This document shows, one piece after another, positions 39,830 through 50,378 of a stretch of 64,000 nt of DNA. A program made the position numbers and the translations under genes. The stretch lies in assembly GCA_965214775.1 (NCBI GenBank), contig OZ243974.1, positions 2,464,001 through 2,528,000 on the forward strand, given 5' to 3'. The stretch's first letter is position 1; every line of letters begins with the position of its first letter. The DNA is from Nitrosopumilus sp. (GTDB lineage: Archaea; Thermoproteota; Nitrososphaeria; Nitrososphaerales; Nitrosopumilaceae). The notes beneath the pieces were generated by a model that saw only the letters and a program-made list of their open reading frames with translations, ran no database searches and was not told where the DNA came from.

Positions 39830-40207
39830 CTGTAGATATACAGTGGAGGGAGATAAAGCAGATGCTGTCTGCCAGGATATTTAATACGCTTGATTAGATG
39901 TAGTTCGTGCGGAGGATGTTTGCCGGGGGGAGAGATCCTTCCGGTAAAGATGTTCCGATATTTGATGGGCTGACTGCAGCAGCATCAGCAACAACAACAG
40001 CAATAGCAACAACTGTCGTGTTCCATACTGTCAGGTCTAGTACGCCTTGCGAAGGCATAAGTGATTTGCTTGCCAGGAGTTTGTCCCTTGATGCCACGAA
40101 TTCTGTCTGTTTTCCCATGCATGTGCGATGGTTTGCTTGATCTTAATGTTTGAATCAAAAGCAGTTGTCAAAACCATCCGTTTTTTATGAATTGACTAGC
40201 ATAAAGT

Positions 40208-40960
40208 CTAGAATACTATGTAATCCAAGGCAGAAGCATCGCTGATCAATCTCGTATGTTTTGAGCCTATCACGTATCCGTTTTTGATATCACTTGCGGG
40301 GATCCATCTGTTAGTTGATGTATAGTGTCTTTTCTCTTGCAATTCTCGTTCGATAGCTTCGATGTCAAACTCTCCTTCTTCTACTTCTTGAGTTGCCAGA
40401 TGTTTTATCGTAACCAAAATTTTTGTTACTTTTACACGATCCCCGAATTTCCATTTTACTGGTGGAATTTCATCTGAAACTTCTAGCACTTTGATTTTCA
40501 TTTGTTTATTTCCAAATGCATCGTGGCTGATGAGTGTTCTTTCATCGGTAAATTCCTCAAAACTGATTCGTGAATTTACTTCTGCATCCGATGCCGTTTC
40601 TAGCAATGCTGCAGCGCTAAATTTTGATGAGTCCTGCCTTTCTTCTGCAGAATACTCGATGTTTTCTGCCACAGGTTCTGCTACCGGTTCTGGTTCTGCC
40701 ACAGGTTCTGCTACCGGTTCTGGTTCTGCCACAGGTTCTGGTTCTTTGACATTAGCAGCCTGCTGAGATCTCTTGACTTTGTGAACCCTCCTTGCCTCTT
40801 CCTCCCATTCCAATTGAGCTTGCTCTTCTTTTGAATTATCGCCACTGGGTCGTGAATCCTTTTCTTCAATTTTTTGAATTTCCTTGTCTGCCACTGTTTT
40901 AGTTGATGTTTCTTTATTGCTGGAATTTTCAGCAGAATCAGCATTATTTTCAGCAGACAA
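40208..40960 (-). CDS. Hypothetical protein with acidic N-terminus and EPEPVA repeats
   Basis: 250-aa ORF, repeats at ~40666-40743. Confidence 0.75.
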   Translation of the reverse strand: MSAENNADSAENSSNKETSTKTVADKEIQKIEEKDSRPSGDNSKEEQAQLEWEEEARRVHKVKRSQQAANVKEPEPVAEPEPVAEPVAEPEPVAEPVAENIEYSAEERQDSSKFSAAALLETASDAEVNSRISFEEFTDERTLISHDAFGNKQMKIKVLEVSDEIPPVKWKFGDRVKVTKILVTIKHLATQEVEEGEFDIEAIERELQEKRHYTSTNRWIPASDIKNGYVIGSKHTRLISDASALDYIVF

Positions 40961-41003
40961 TACTGTATTTTTTCACATTATCCATAAAAACGATTTGTAA
41001 AAA

Positions 41004-41591
41004 TCATTGGTTTTTGGCACTAGGCCTTTGCTTGGTTTTAAATGGCATCTTTGCTTCTTTTAGCTTGCGTTCGCTTCGTTTCCCATCTACTTTTGCAAAG
41101 AATTTTCCATCATAAGTACAAACACAATCCGTTATGTCCAGTGACTCATCCCAGATCTTAAAGTATTCCCGTAATTCCCGACTTTCATATTTTCTCAACC
41201 CGATTCTTTTTTTAGACAAAAATTTGAATGCCAACAAAACCTGTCTTTTCTTGTAAATGTCAAACGTCCTTGTCCATTGGAGGCATCTCTCAATTTGATC
41301 ATACGGTACTGCAAGCGAGGTATTGGTTCCTGATTTTGCCTCAATAGCACAGATTACGCTGTCTTTGGTATTCACAGCTAACACATCAGGCAATCCCACA
41401 CTTGGGGAGCCTAGTCTGAAGGCCTTCCAGTCTTCTGCACTGTTGAACCTTTTGACAATCGTGTCTTCCCACTGATACCCCCTCTGCCTCCGTGTTTTTA
41501 CTGCCTTTTGATTATTTTTGCTTGGTTTGCCGGCAGGTGTCTTTTTCTGCAACGATTTGGATGAACTCTTCTCCCTCATGTCTTTTTTCAT
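41004..41591 (-). CDS. Holliday-junction resolvase-like (Hjc) PD-(D/E)xK nuclease
   Basis: RGYQWE, PDVLA, IEAKS. Confidence 0.8.
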   Translation of the reverse strand: MKKDMREKSSSKSLQKKTPAGKPSKNNQKAVKTRRQRGYQWEDTIVKRFNSAEDWKAFRLGSPSVGLPDVLAVNTKDSVICAIEAKSGTNTSLAVPYDQIERCLQWTRTFDIYKKRQVLLAFKFLSKKRIGLRKYESRELREYFKIWDESLDITDCVCTYDGKFFAKVDGKRSERKLKEAKMPFKTKQRPSAKNQ

Positions 41592-41841
41592 ATTCTTTCA
41601 TTATAGTACAAAGGGTAACTGTATGATAACCAAGAAAAACTGGCAGTGTGATTAAGAATACTTGTTTTCAGTTTGGCAAAAAGCTGCTCGTTTTTGAACC
41701 TGGCAGCAGTTGGGGTTTCAACTGTTCCGAGGCCATCAGGCAATCACAACAGTCATCCCAGAAGTAATTCGAAAAGCGACTTTAATCTTGAAACAGCTTG
41801 ATCCAGACTACCTGCAAATCCGCATGCCACCGTATCCACTG

Positions 41842-42094
41842 AAAGGTGATCCAAATTAGAAACCGTACGAGTTTTTCAAGTAATTTCGCAGATAATCTGT
41901 ATTTTTGGTGATGTTTTGAGATGATTTATTCAAATTCATCCACAAACAATCTTGCCTTACTAATCATCCAGGTGAAAAGTGCTAAAAAATCAAGTAAAAA
42001 CAGAATCCGGACAGGAGGCACGATGCCTGGATATAAGGACAAAACAGTAAATCTCATTTACGTTTCACCTAGCTGCTAATTTTGAATCAACTCT
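41842..42094. mobile_element. Non-autonomous derivative (MITE) of the ISL2-like IS
   Basis: Ends AAAGGTGATCCAAATTAG / CTAATTTTGAATCAACTCT; flanked by CTG/CAG. Confidence 0.65.
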
Positions 42095-42332
42095 CAGGAC
42101 AGCGCGGCCACGACATCATAAATAGGAACTGATCTGCCGGATCCAGAAAGTAGTTTGCTGATGGCACATATGACACAAAAGCAGCCTCCTTTACTGAGTA
42201 CGTCGAATCCGAGTGCTTGTGTGTCTGTTTGCGATGCACACGCACCTGATAGCCTGATCCGTCACCGTCACTGCGGTAAGAGCGCGTTTTTTTATCATGT
42301 GTTCAATAGTCCATGATCTCAGCCATAAACGG

Positions 42333-42629
42333 CTAGAACTTTTTTGCTTTTTTCATGCTGCGTTCTAATTTTTGACTGGCAGGCCCAGTCCAGAAAAACG
42401 AACCGTCCTTGTCAAACGTGACTTTGCCCTGTTTTTCTAAAATATCCAGGATAAAATTAAACGACGGGTATTGCATTCCCTTGGGCAGCATGTTATACAG
42501 CTTACGCTTGGTTTCAAATTCTTTGTTTTCTAGGATTAGTTTTTCGACCTGGACAAAACTTCTTAGCGTGGGATTGTGTTTTCTGCTCTTGTCTAAAATA
42601 TAATCCAAAATGGCAGTTGGTTTGGTCAT
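42333..42629 (-). CDS. Small winged-helix protein, putative antitoxin
   Basis: KRKLYNMLPKGMQYPSFNFILDILEKQGKV; downstream of the RelE-like gene. Confidence 0.6.
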   Translation of the reverse strand: MTKPTAILDYILDKSRKHNPTLRSFVQVEKLILENKEFETKRKLYNMLPKGMQYPSFNFILDILEKQGKVTFDKDGSFFWTGPASQKLERSMKKAKKF

Positions 42630-42687
42630 TTTGCCTTCAACACTCTGTGCATACCTGTGATATTTATACATATGTACGTTTATGTAC

Positions 42688-42779
42688 GTAAGAGTTTACC
42701 CCATCTCGAGGAATACGGCGTGGTAGGCACGATCATGAATGTCCCGGCCAGCCTTGTCGCCTGAGGGGCAAACTCCTAC
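42688..42779. mobile_element. 92-bp IS66-derived MITE
   Basis: GTAAGAGTTTACCCC / GGGGCAAACTCCTAC; 9-bp TSD TTTATGTAC. Confidence 0.88.
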
Positions 42780-42792
42780 TTTATGTACTGTA

Positions 42793-43104
42793 TTAGTATT
42801 TGAATCTGTTTTCATACATGCTATGATCAGTTAATTCCATAAGAAACGCTGACCTTTCTTCTCGAAAAGTTGTAATCGAATAGATCAGTCTCATACCTTC
42901 GTGCAAATACACATGAAATGCATTATCAATTCCATGTCTTTTTTTGTAGTATTTTGGCACGGTTTTGAATTTTATCTTCTCTCCGCAAATGACATCCTTT
43001 TTCAGATTCTCGATAATCCCTTTAACGTCTTTGAAAACTGCGCCTGATTTATCCAAAGACGAGAACACCGGATCGAAATCTTTGCAATCGCCATACACTT
43101 TCAT
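42793..43104 (-). CDS. RelE-like putative toxin
   Basis: GEKI..VPKYY..NAFHVYLHEGMRLIYSI..ELTDHSMYENRF pattern. Confidence 0.6.
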   Translation of the reverse strand: MKVYGDCKDFDPVFSSLDKSGAVFKDVKGIIENLKKDVICGEKIKFKTVPKYYKKRHGIDNAFHVYLHEGMRLIYSITTFREERSAFLMELTDHSMYENRFKY

Positions 43105-43236
43105 TGATGTGTTGTGTAATCAATATCAAATATTGGTATCTGGAAAAGCATTCCAAAATAACCGCCCAAGGCCGTGTCTTTTGTCGTACTGAATCTTCGG
43201 GACGTAAAATTTTCTCAGAAAAAAACACCATGGCAT

Positions 43237-43620
43237 CTATTCTGACCATTTGTTCATTTTTACCACTCTTATCTTGCCCCTGCGCGTCATACTGCGCAGT
43301 GATCTCTGCATCTCCTTGACGGTCTTGTACAGCCGGTTTAAAGTAGCATTTTTGAACCCGCACCACTGCCCCTCCGAGCCGTTCAACTCCGGCGTGTACG
43401 GCAACATGTATTTTAGCATCATGTCCCCGTTCCACTTGGTCATCTTTCTCTTGAGTTCTGCTGACTTGTGGTACGATGCGTTGTCGACAAACAGTCGCAC
43501 CTTGCCGTACTTGCAGCGCAGCGCCTTGAGAAATTTGTGGAACATATCGTGTTGGCCTTTTAGTAAAAGCAGCAGTCAAGGCCGTTTGCCGACATGGCCC
43601 CTATGGCGTAGAACCTCTCC
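43237..43620 (-). pseudogene. IS630 transposase C-terminal fragment
   Basis: VDNASYHKS, LPYTPELNGSEGQW. Confidence 0.8.
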
Positions 43621-43659
43621 TTGGGCAGGTTGGGCGGCGTGGAGGCCGGCTCGCCCACG

Positions 43660-43794
43660 ATAGTTGGTTCGAAATTAGCAAACTCTGATTAGTTGTGAAC
43701 GAGTGCATGAAACGGCTCAAAACACCAACAAAATACAAACTGTCTGTGAAATTACATGAAAAACTCGTACGGTATCTGATTTCGGATCACCTCT
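43660..43794. mobile_element. ~135-bp MITE of the ISL2-like family
   Basis: ATAGTTGGTTCGAAATTAG / TTTCGGATCACCTCT; interior matches 41845-41940 inverted. Confidence 0.7.
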
Positions 43795-44011
43795 CAGGCA
43801 CGGTATCTCAAAACTATGATCCATTTTTTGATGTGCGCACCAGGTTAAAACAAAAAAGAGGAGAGGGACGCATCAACCTTCATCTGGCCGTTGGCTGATG
43901 CCAGGCCCACCTGGCAAAAACCCAAGGCTGCGGCATCCTGCAAGGCAGCGCGCCTTAGCTCAGAACCCAATCCTCAATGAGTTTATCAGGCCCCGGCATT
44001 CAACAAGACTG

Positions 44012-44836
44012 TTGGAGGATTTAGCTCAGAAAATCACTGCGCTCAAGCAGGAATTTGCCAGAACGTATTCTGGAAGTGCGCACATCCAGGAGATACTGCC
44101 GCTGGATTCGACTAGCTCGTTTGAAATTGACGCCAAACATTTGAAACAGCTGCACGAATTTCTCGCAAAGAATCCCATCTACCTTAATCATTACGAGGAT
44201 GAAATTCTTGAAACCTCCTGCGTTGTTTATGAGGGGGACATCAACCAATACTGGCTGAACAGCATCAAACACGGCTCTAGCTGCCAACCCTTCTATCCGA
44301 CATGGATGATTTCTGCCTATCTGCTGGGCAGCATTGCAAAAAGCCTGGGTTGCCATGATTTAGTCGACATCGGTTCAGGCGATGGACGCATTGCCTTTTC
44401 TGGAAAAATTCTTGGAATGAATTCCCGCAGTATTGAAATTGATGAAATGCTTGTTGATTTGCAAAATGCCATTATCACTCAGACAAGCCAGGATTTTCAT
44501 CCTCTTTGCCATGACGCGCTGGAATTGGATTATGCCCGGTTGCAGCTGGCATCTCCCGTATTTTTCATTGGGGGGCTGCCCCAGATGGGAGGGGATCTTC
44601 TTGCAGCAGGCATCATAGAAAAAATCAAGAAAATCCCAGATCTGCAAGAAAATACCTGTGTTGTCTTTGCAGGTACACATGCCAAACGCCAGCTGTCAAA
44701 TAGCCAGGATGACGGAGGCTGGAGCGATTTGATTGAAAGGCACGGTCTAAAAGTGATTCAATCAGCTTCATTGCCCGCGGTCTGGACGTTTGATCAAAAA
44801 GTTGAAACCCCGTACATATTTACAAGATTTAACTGA
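44012..44836 (+). CDS. SAM-dependent methyltransferase-like protein
   Basis: PFYPT, LVDIGSGDGRI, SIEID; TTG start after TTTAT. Confidence 0.75.
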   Translation: MEDLAQKITALKQEFARTYSGSAHIQEILPLDSTSSFEIDAKHLKQLHEFLAKNPIYLNHYEDEILETSCVVYEGDINQYWLNSIKHGSSCQPFYPTWMISAYLLGSIAKSLGCHDLVDIGSGDGRIAFSGKILGMNSRSIEIDEMLVDLQNAIITQTSQDFHPLCHDALELDYARLQLASPVFFIGGLPQMGGDLLAAGIIEKIKKIPDLQENTCVVFAGTHAKRQLSNSQDDGGWSDLIERHGLKVIQSASLPAVWTFDQKVETPYIFTRFN

Positions 44837-45137
44837 CTTCAAAAAAATAGGCATTGTCCTTGATTCCGCATTTTGATATCGTAACAGTTTTTCCAACTGC
44901 CGGAACTTTGCTGGCTTTTGCGATTATTTTAAACGAGTCTTCTATTGCCACTATGCAAAAATAATCGCCATCCTTCTTTGAAAACTCGACGATTTTAGCC
45001 TCAAAATCCTGCCTTTTTAGCTCGATTTTTCCAAAGCAATGGCTGCAATAGTCTGACGGGGGCCAGCTGATTTTCTTGCACTGCGTGCATCTTGGGATTA
45101 GAAAATCCCCCATGCCCAACTTTTCTTCAAACCTCAC
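44829..45137 (-). CDS. Zn-ribbon/OB-fold (DUF35-like) protein
   Basis: CTQC..WPP..CSHC; coupled to the thiolase. Confidence 0.85.
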   Translation of the reverse strand: MRFEEKLGMGDFLIPRCTQCKKISWPPSDYCSHCFGKIELKRQDFEAKIVEFSKKDGDYFCIVAIEDSFKIIAKASKVPAVGKTVTISKCGIKDNAYFFEVS

Positions 45138-46243
45138 TTTTCTAGCACCAAAACTGTCGATGACGTGGCAGCAGCTGACATGTTGTGTACTAGGCCTGCT
45201 TTGGCGTCATCAATTTGCCTCGAATCAGCTCCTCCCTGCAACTGCTGGACCACCTCGATTGTTTGCGCAATGCCTGTCGCACCCAAAGGGTGTCCTGTCC
45301 CAATCAGGCCCCCGCGCGGATTAATTCTAAAGTTATCTGTTTGGTGCAACTCTTTGATCATTGACATTGCCTTTCCGTCTTCAGTGAATCCCATCGACTC
45401 TAGGGCCATGGGCTCACATACTGTGAACGCGTCATGCAACTCAACTACGTCAATGTTGTCGGCGCCTTTTTTTGCCATCCTTAGTGCCGCGTTTGCCGCG
45501 TCTCTTGTAGATTCCATGGAATGAAACGAACTGCTTTTGGTAAATCCCGCAGAGGTTGTTTTTTGGCCAATGCCTGCAATCCATACGGGCTCAGGCGTCA
45601 TTGACTTTGCCTTCTCCTCGGAAGCCAGAATTACAGATGCGCTTCCGGTACACGGCCTGGAGCAGTCAAGCAACCTAAGATCCTCGGTAATCTGTCTTGA
45701 GTTTGTGACCTCGTCAACAGAAAACGTTTTCCTTGAAAGGGCGTTTGGATTGTTTTTTGCCTGCTTGTGATTCTTGACTGGGACAAGTGCCAACTCCTCT
45801 TCTGATATTGAGAACTGGTTTTTGTATGATTTTGTAAGCAACGACGCCCAGAACACCGGATGCTTGAACTGTCCCCTTGAATTGTCCCAGTCCAATATCT
45901 GTCCTGGACTGTCAAATCTTTCGGCCCCTGAAACAAGAACCGCCTCGGACAATCCCGAGGCAATATACGAGTATGCCGAAACGATGGAGTTTGTGCCCGA
46001 ACTGCACAAGTTTTCAATTGAAATCGAAGTCTTGGGCTGAATTCCCGCCATCTCTGCAATGATTGGGCCAAGATACTTTGAATTGTCGTTGGTAGATATC
46101 ATCACCCCGTCAATGTCATTTTTGTCGATTTTGGGATTTTTGATGAATAATTCTGCTGCCGAATCCATCAACAGGTCCTCGATCTTCCTGTCTTCCTTGG
46201 AAAACGGGGTAATTCCATATGCGGCAATTCCTACCCTAGTCAT
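45134..46243 (-). CDS. Thiolase-family protein (acetyl-CoA acetyltransferase)
   Basis: ENLCSSG, ELHDAF, GHPLGATG, HN. Confidence 0.9.
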   Translation of the reverse strand: MTRVGIAAYGITPFSKEDRKIEDLLMDSAAELFIKNPKIDKNDIDGVMISTNDNSKYLGPIIAEMAGIQPKTSISIENLCSSGTNSIVSAYSYIASGLSEAVLVSGAERFDSPGQILDWDNSRGQFKHPVFWASLLTKSYKNQFSISEEELALVPVKNHKQAKNNPNALSRKTFSVDEVTNSRQITEDLRLLDCSRPCTGSASVILASEEKAKSMTPEPVWIAGIGQKTTSAGFTKSSSFHSMESTRDAANAALRMAKKGADNIDVVELHDAFTVCEPMALESMGFTEDGKAMSMIKELHQTDNFRINPRGGLIGTGHPLGATGIAQTIEVVQQLQGGADSRQIDDAKAGLVHNMSAAATSSTVLVLEK

Positions 46244-47208
46244 GTCTCCTCGAAGAATGTCCGCCGTAGCAAATCAAACGAGTCTTTTGTGTCTCCTACC
46301 GGATTAAACTGGATGATCGGCAGCCCGATTCCTGTATCTCTGAACTCTTGCAGCTGGTTTTTTCCCTCGTCGGGCGTTCCTGCAATGCACAATGATCTTA
46401 ACATTGAATCTGTCACCAATTCGTGGATTGATTTTAATCCCGATTTTTTGTATTCGCTAAAAATGTCCCTGGTTTCGCTTTCAAAACCTGTTTTTGCCAG
46501 AAATTCCCTGTATGTCTTTCCTACCGCAATGTAAAACGACAGCGTCTTTTTTGCCCTCTGAACAGCTTTTTCAGAATCATCAGACACACACGTGATTAAC
46601 TGGCATGTTACATCAATTTTTTTCTTTTTTTGCATTTTTGAAATCGTTTCTTTCAACTCTGCTTTTGGACGCAGGTAAAATATTACTCCGTCTGCCATGT
46701 CCCATGCCAGCTCCACCATTCTCTGATTGACTGCTGCAAGATAAATCGGAACATAGTTTCTATACGGCCTGATAAGCAGTGAAAAATTCTTCAAATTGAA
46801 GATCTCCCCGTCATAGTTTACCTGCTTTCCTGACAGAGCCAGTCTGATGATCTCAACGTATTCTTTCATTCTTTGTATCGGCTTTTCAAATTTGTATCCG
46901 TGAAACGCCTCAACTATCGGAAGGCTGCCTGCTCCAAGCCCCAGAACCAGCCTGCCTTTTGACAGGGTGTCGACAGTTGCCGCCCCCATCGCTATGGCAG
47001 AGGGGCTCCTCGAATAGATGTTGATGATAGATGAGCCGATCTTTTGGATTGCCGTATTTTGTGCCACTGTGCCAAGCATGGCACAACTCTCCATTCCCCA
47101 CGTCTCAGGTATCCATACCGCTTCTGCCTGTGTGTCTGAAATGGATTGAGCGCAGCTGACGACTTCATTTATAGAGAGCAGCGAGCCCAGGCTGCAAGAA
47201 ATACGCAT
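46240..47208 (-). CDS. Luciferase-like (LLM) flavin/F420-dependent oxidoreductase
   Basis: WIPE, SRSP, GRLVLGLGAG, PIYLAA, ADGV. Confidence 0.88.
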   Translation of the reverse strand: MRISCSLGSLLSINEVVSCAQSISDTQAEAVWIPETWGMESCAMLGTVAQNTAIQKIGSSIINIYSRSPSAIAMGAATVDTLSKGRLVLGLGAGSLPIVEAFHGYKFEKPIQRMKEYVEIIRLALSGKQVNYDGEIFNLKNFSLLIRPYRNYVPIYLAAVNQRMVELAWDMADGVIFYLRPKAELKETISKMQKKKKIDVTCQLITCVSDDSEKAVQRAKKTLSFYIAVGKTYREFLAKTGFESETRDIFSEYKKSGLKSIHELVTDSMLRSLCIAGTPDEGKNQLQEFRDTGIGLPIIQFNPVGDTKDSFDLLRRTFFEET

Positions 47209-47267
47209 GAATCTGCTACGAACAGTCGATATTTAGTGTATCAGTTTTAGCAACAGGTAAAATTTGG

Positions 47268-47453
47268 TTGAGGATAGGCATTATGAGAGCCAGATTCCAT
47301 AGGTTTTTGTTGGAAACAATCACAACTGTTGGGGAAAAACCGAAAAGCAGTTTCTGGACGGATGCTACAAGGTATGCCTCTGCCAGCAAAGACGAATCGT
47401 TTGTGGAGGAAGTTGCATACATGATGGTCACGCTTCATAGAACCGGCGCATAA
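47268..47453 (+). CDS. Small hypothetical protein
   Basis: 61-aa ORF filling the intergenic gap; no motif. Confidence 0.35.
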   Translation: MRIGIMRARFHRFLLETITTVGEKPKSSFWTDATRYASASKDESFVEEVAYMMVTLHRTGA

Positions 47454-47461
47454 CTTTTCAT

Positions 47462-48136
47462 TCATTTTATTATTTTGCCTATCTCAGAGGAGGCTTCCTC
47501 CATGTCTTTGAGTGAATCAATTGAAAGCCATCTTGCGTTTTTAAAAACTACGGTGTTCAACCTTTCATTTTTTGCATACTTTGGAAACGCCGTCTTTTCA
47601 ATGTCTCCTTTTGACGGCAAATCCTTGATGATGTCCTTGTCCAAATGGTACAGTCCCGCATTCATCCACACACAGCTGATCTCTTTTTTCTCCTTGAAGT
47701 TTTTAATTTTGTTTTCATTTTCATCGATATCCAAAATTCCGAATTTTGTTCTTGCCTTTATGGCTGCAATGGAGTTGTTTGTTTTTGCAAGCTTTCTCAT
47801 GTCTATGTCGGTAATCACATCGCCGTTAATCACAAAAAAAGACTTTTCCTTGATCAGTTTTGCGGCCTTTTTGATTGCTCCCCCTGTTCCAAGGGGCGTT
47901 TTCTCTACTGAAAAATCAATCTTAACGCCAAAGTCCTTTACGTTTAGGTATCTTTCAATCATCTCGGTTTTGTAACCAGTACAAACGACGACTTGCTTTA
48001 CGCCAAACTGTTTGAGGTATCTAATCTGCCATTCGATTATCGGTATGTTGTTAATTGGGACTAGTGGCTTGGGCACATAATCTGTCACGGGTTTTAGTCT
48101 TTTGCCCTTTCCTCCTGCAAGAATCATCGCTTTCAT
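47462..48136 (-). CDS. Sugar-phosphate nucleotidyltransferase
   Basis: ILAGGKGKRLKP..PKPL, PLGTGGA, NGD, NAGLY. Confidence 0.92.
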   Translation of the reverse strand: MKAMILAGGKGKRLKPVTDYVPKPLVPINNIPIIEWQIRYLKQFGVKQVVVCTGYKTEMIERYLNVKDFGVKIDFSVEKTPLGTGGAIKKAAKLIKEKSFFVINGDVITDIDMRKLAKTNNSIAAIKARTKFGILDIDENENKIKNFKEKKEISCVWMNAGLYHLDKDIIKDLPSKGDIEKTAFPKYAKNERLNTVVFKNARWLSIDSLKDMEEASSEIGKIIK

Positions 48137-48721
48137 AAAACAACAGTATGAACCAGACTATATCAAAATTTTCACGGCTTTTTTTGTTGTTCTGATTCGT
48201 TTGAATTTGCCGTTGAGTTTGTTTTTCCTGCAGTTTTTACCAGATATTTGAGGCAGTGTTTCTGTTTCAAACAATTCCAGTCTTGCGCAGAGATTTGATG
48301 CAGCTGATCGTGCCGTAAGCCGTTTGTACTCTGCGCACAAACTTTGTTTTGATCGGCATTCGTTGGCAGCAAAATTCATGCCTGAACTTGCAGAGACTGC
48401 CTGCTGTGATTCAACGTATTTTCCAATATCAAGCCCCTTTCTGGCATCTATGCAGTTGAACCTGGTGGGAGAAAAGAGAGGCAGAGGCAGGGGATGGCAG
48501 GGATGCAGGGGAGTCTCAGATGAGCGTCCTTTAGTTTTTCCGGGCGTACAAGCTGCAATTTTTCGGTTCAGTTGGCGCTTGATTCACTCTCTGTCATGTA
48601 ATAGTGCAATTCCGTATAGCACTCTACGCAGTATTTCTCATAGCTTGTATGCTCACAGTCATAGACTTTTCTTACATCGTTGTTGCATTTTGCGCATGTG
48701 GGCGGCATGATGACAACACGT

Positions 48722-49126
48722 CTAGGATTTTGCTATTTTGATGCCGCCTAATGCCAGTTGGATTGCGGCAGGAACAAACATCATTGCAATTGATGCCGTC
48801 GGGTCGTCTCTATCAGCATCAACAGTAGCTGCCTCTGCCGGTGCAGGCATTGCCAAAACAACCAGGCCGCCAATTACTATCAGAATGCCTGAGATAACTA
48901 TCATTATTCCCAATCCCTTTGAGGGTTCCTTTCTTGCAATGAAAAATGCAATGATTGGTAAAATTAACGCCGGACCTCCAAGGCCCATTCCTCTTTGCAT
49001 GTGATCAAGAGGCAAAAATCCGTGATCGCTGTCTGATAATGACATGGCAACTGCAACATCGGCAGCATAAAGTACAAGCAGTCCGATTGCAATTCCTGCA
49101 AGGATTAGTGCAGCAGACAGTGCCAT
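48722..49126 (-). CDS. Small membrane protein (about 4 TM)
   Basis: Hydrophobic segments; TATA upstream. Confidence 0.75.
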   Translation of the reverse strand: MALSAALILAGIAIGLLVLYAADVAVAMSLSDSDHGFLPLDHMQRGMGLGGPALILPIIAFFIARKEPSKGLGIMIVISGILIVIGGLVVLAMPAPAEAATVDADRDDPTASIAMMFVPAAIQLALGGIKIAKS

Positions 49127-49160
49127 AGCAAACCCAAATTTTCACAGTTAATAAACCTAA

Positions 49161-50306
49161 TCAGACGGATTCCACGACTGCTCTGGGTTTTATTTCTTCT
49201 AGGCGCTCTAGCAACTGATCGATTGTTTGCCCTTTACTTCCTACAAGATTGAAATGTCCCAGTTTTCTCAACGGTTTTGAAATCTTCTTCCCGTACATTT
49301 TGAGATATAGGTTTTCAACATCCAGTTTGAGAGGCATGTACTCTCCCTGGAAGCTCTTGTCGCCCAAAATATTGTACATGATCGTGTTGTAAACCAGCTT
49401 TGTACTTCCAAGATCCAAACCCAGAATTGCCCTTAGATGCTGCTCAAATTGAGACGTTTCACTGGATTGCAGGGAATGGTGCCCTGAATTGTGAACTCTT
49501 GGCGCGATTTCATTAATCATGATTTGATCATCCTGGGTGACAAACATTTCAATTCCAAAAACGCCTGCGCCCTTTAGCACTGTCATGGTTTTTTCTGCAA
49601 TACCTTTGGCATTTTTGATTGTTTGTTCTGAGACTCGTGCAGGCGCAATTGTCTCTCTGAGAACGTTCTCCTCGTGGATGTTTTCCACAAGCGGATATGT
49701 CTTGATCTGGCCTTTTGTGTTTCTTGATGCAATCACCGATACCTCCATCCTAAATGGAACGAATCTCTCCAGCATGAGCTTCTGGCCTTTAAAGTGATCA
49801 TATGCCTTTTGAACGTCCTCATATGCGTCTATTTTGTAATTTCCTCGCCCGTCATACGCATCCCTTCGTGCCTTGAGCAAGACCGGCAATCCGTACTCTT
49901 TGATTCCCTTTTTCACGTCCTCAACTGACCCGATCTGAACAAAATCCGGCACTAAAATCCCGTTTTCTCTGAGAAATGTCTTTTGCAGGAATTTGTCCTG
50001 GACGGTTTTTAGTGTTTCAGGAGACGGATTGACCTCGGCATTTTTTTCAACGGATTTTAAAACGTCACTGTCTCCGGATTCAATCTCATAGGTGATGATG
50101 TCGGATTTTTCAGACAGCTCTACGATTGCATCCCTGTCTTTGAAATCCGCAATAATCTGTTCTGCACCGGCCTGCGCTGCAGGGCAATTTTCCGTAGGAT
50201 CCAAAACAATGATTTTTTCAATTTCTCCTGTCATGTTTTTGGCAGCCTCGACAATCATCATGCCAAGCTGGCCACCTCCGATTATGCCCAGGATTTTGCC
50301 CATCAA
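49161..50306 (-). CDS. purK: N5-carboxyaminoimidazole ribonucleotide synthase
   Basis: GIIGGGQLG, YDGRGN, NEIAPRVHNSGH, RKLGH. Confidence 0.95.
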   Translation of the reverse strand: MMGKILGIIGGGQLGMMIVEAAKNMTGEIEKIIVLDPTENCPAAQAGAEQIIADFKDRDAIVELSEKSDIITYEIESGDSDVLKSVEKNAEVNPSPETLKTVQDKFLQKTFLRENGILVPDFVQIGSVEDVKKGIKEYGLPVLLKARRDAYDGRGNYKIDAYEDVQKAYDHFKGQKLMLERFVPFRMEVSVIASRNTKGQIKTYPLVENIHEENVLRETIAPARVSEQTIKNAKGIAEKTMTVLKGAGVFGIEMFVTQDDQIMINEIAPRVHNSGHHSLQSSETSQFEQHLRAILGLDLGSTKLVYNTIMYNILGDKSFQGEYMPLKLDVENLYLKMYGKKISKPLRKLGHFNLVGSKGQTIDQLLERLEEIKPRAVVESV

Positions 50307-50378
50307 TCTTCATCAAATGCCGGAATACAAATAGCTAATGCTGAGATCTGAGATATCGTTATTGTTAATTAGTCACCT

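Noticed and set aside
39830-40200. Short ORFs next to ISL2-like copy 2 (likewise 36900-37430, 48150-48710, 55900-56300)
   Set aside because: No recognisable motifs; they look like decayed or non-coding sequence.
44829-46243. Thiolase/DUF35 pair distant from HMG-CoA synthase as a novelty
   Set aside because: These are ordinary archaeal mevalonate-pathway components; separation alone is not informative.
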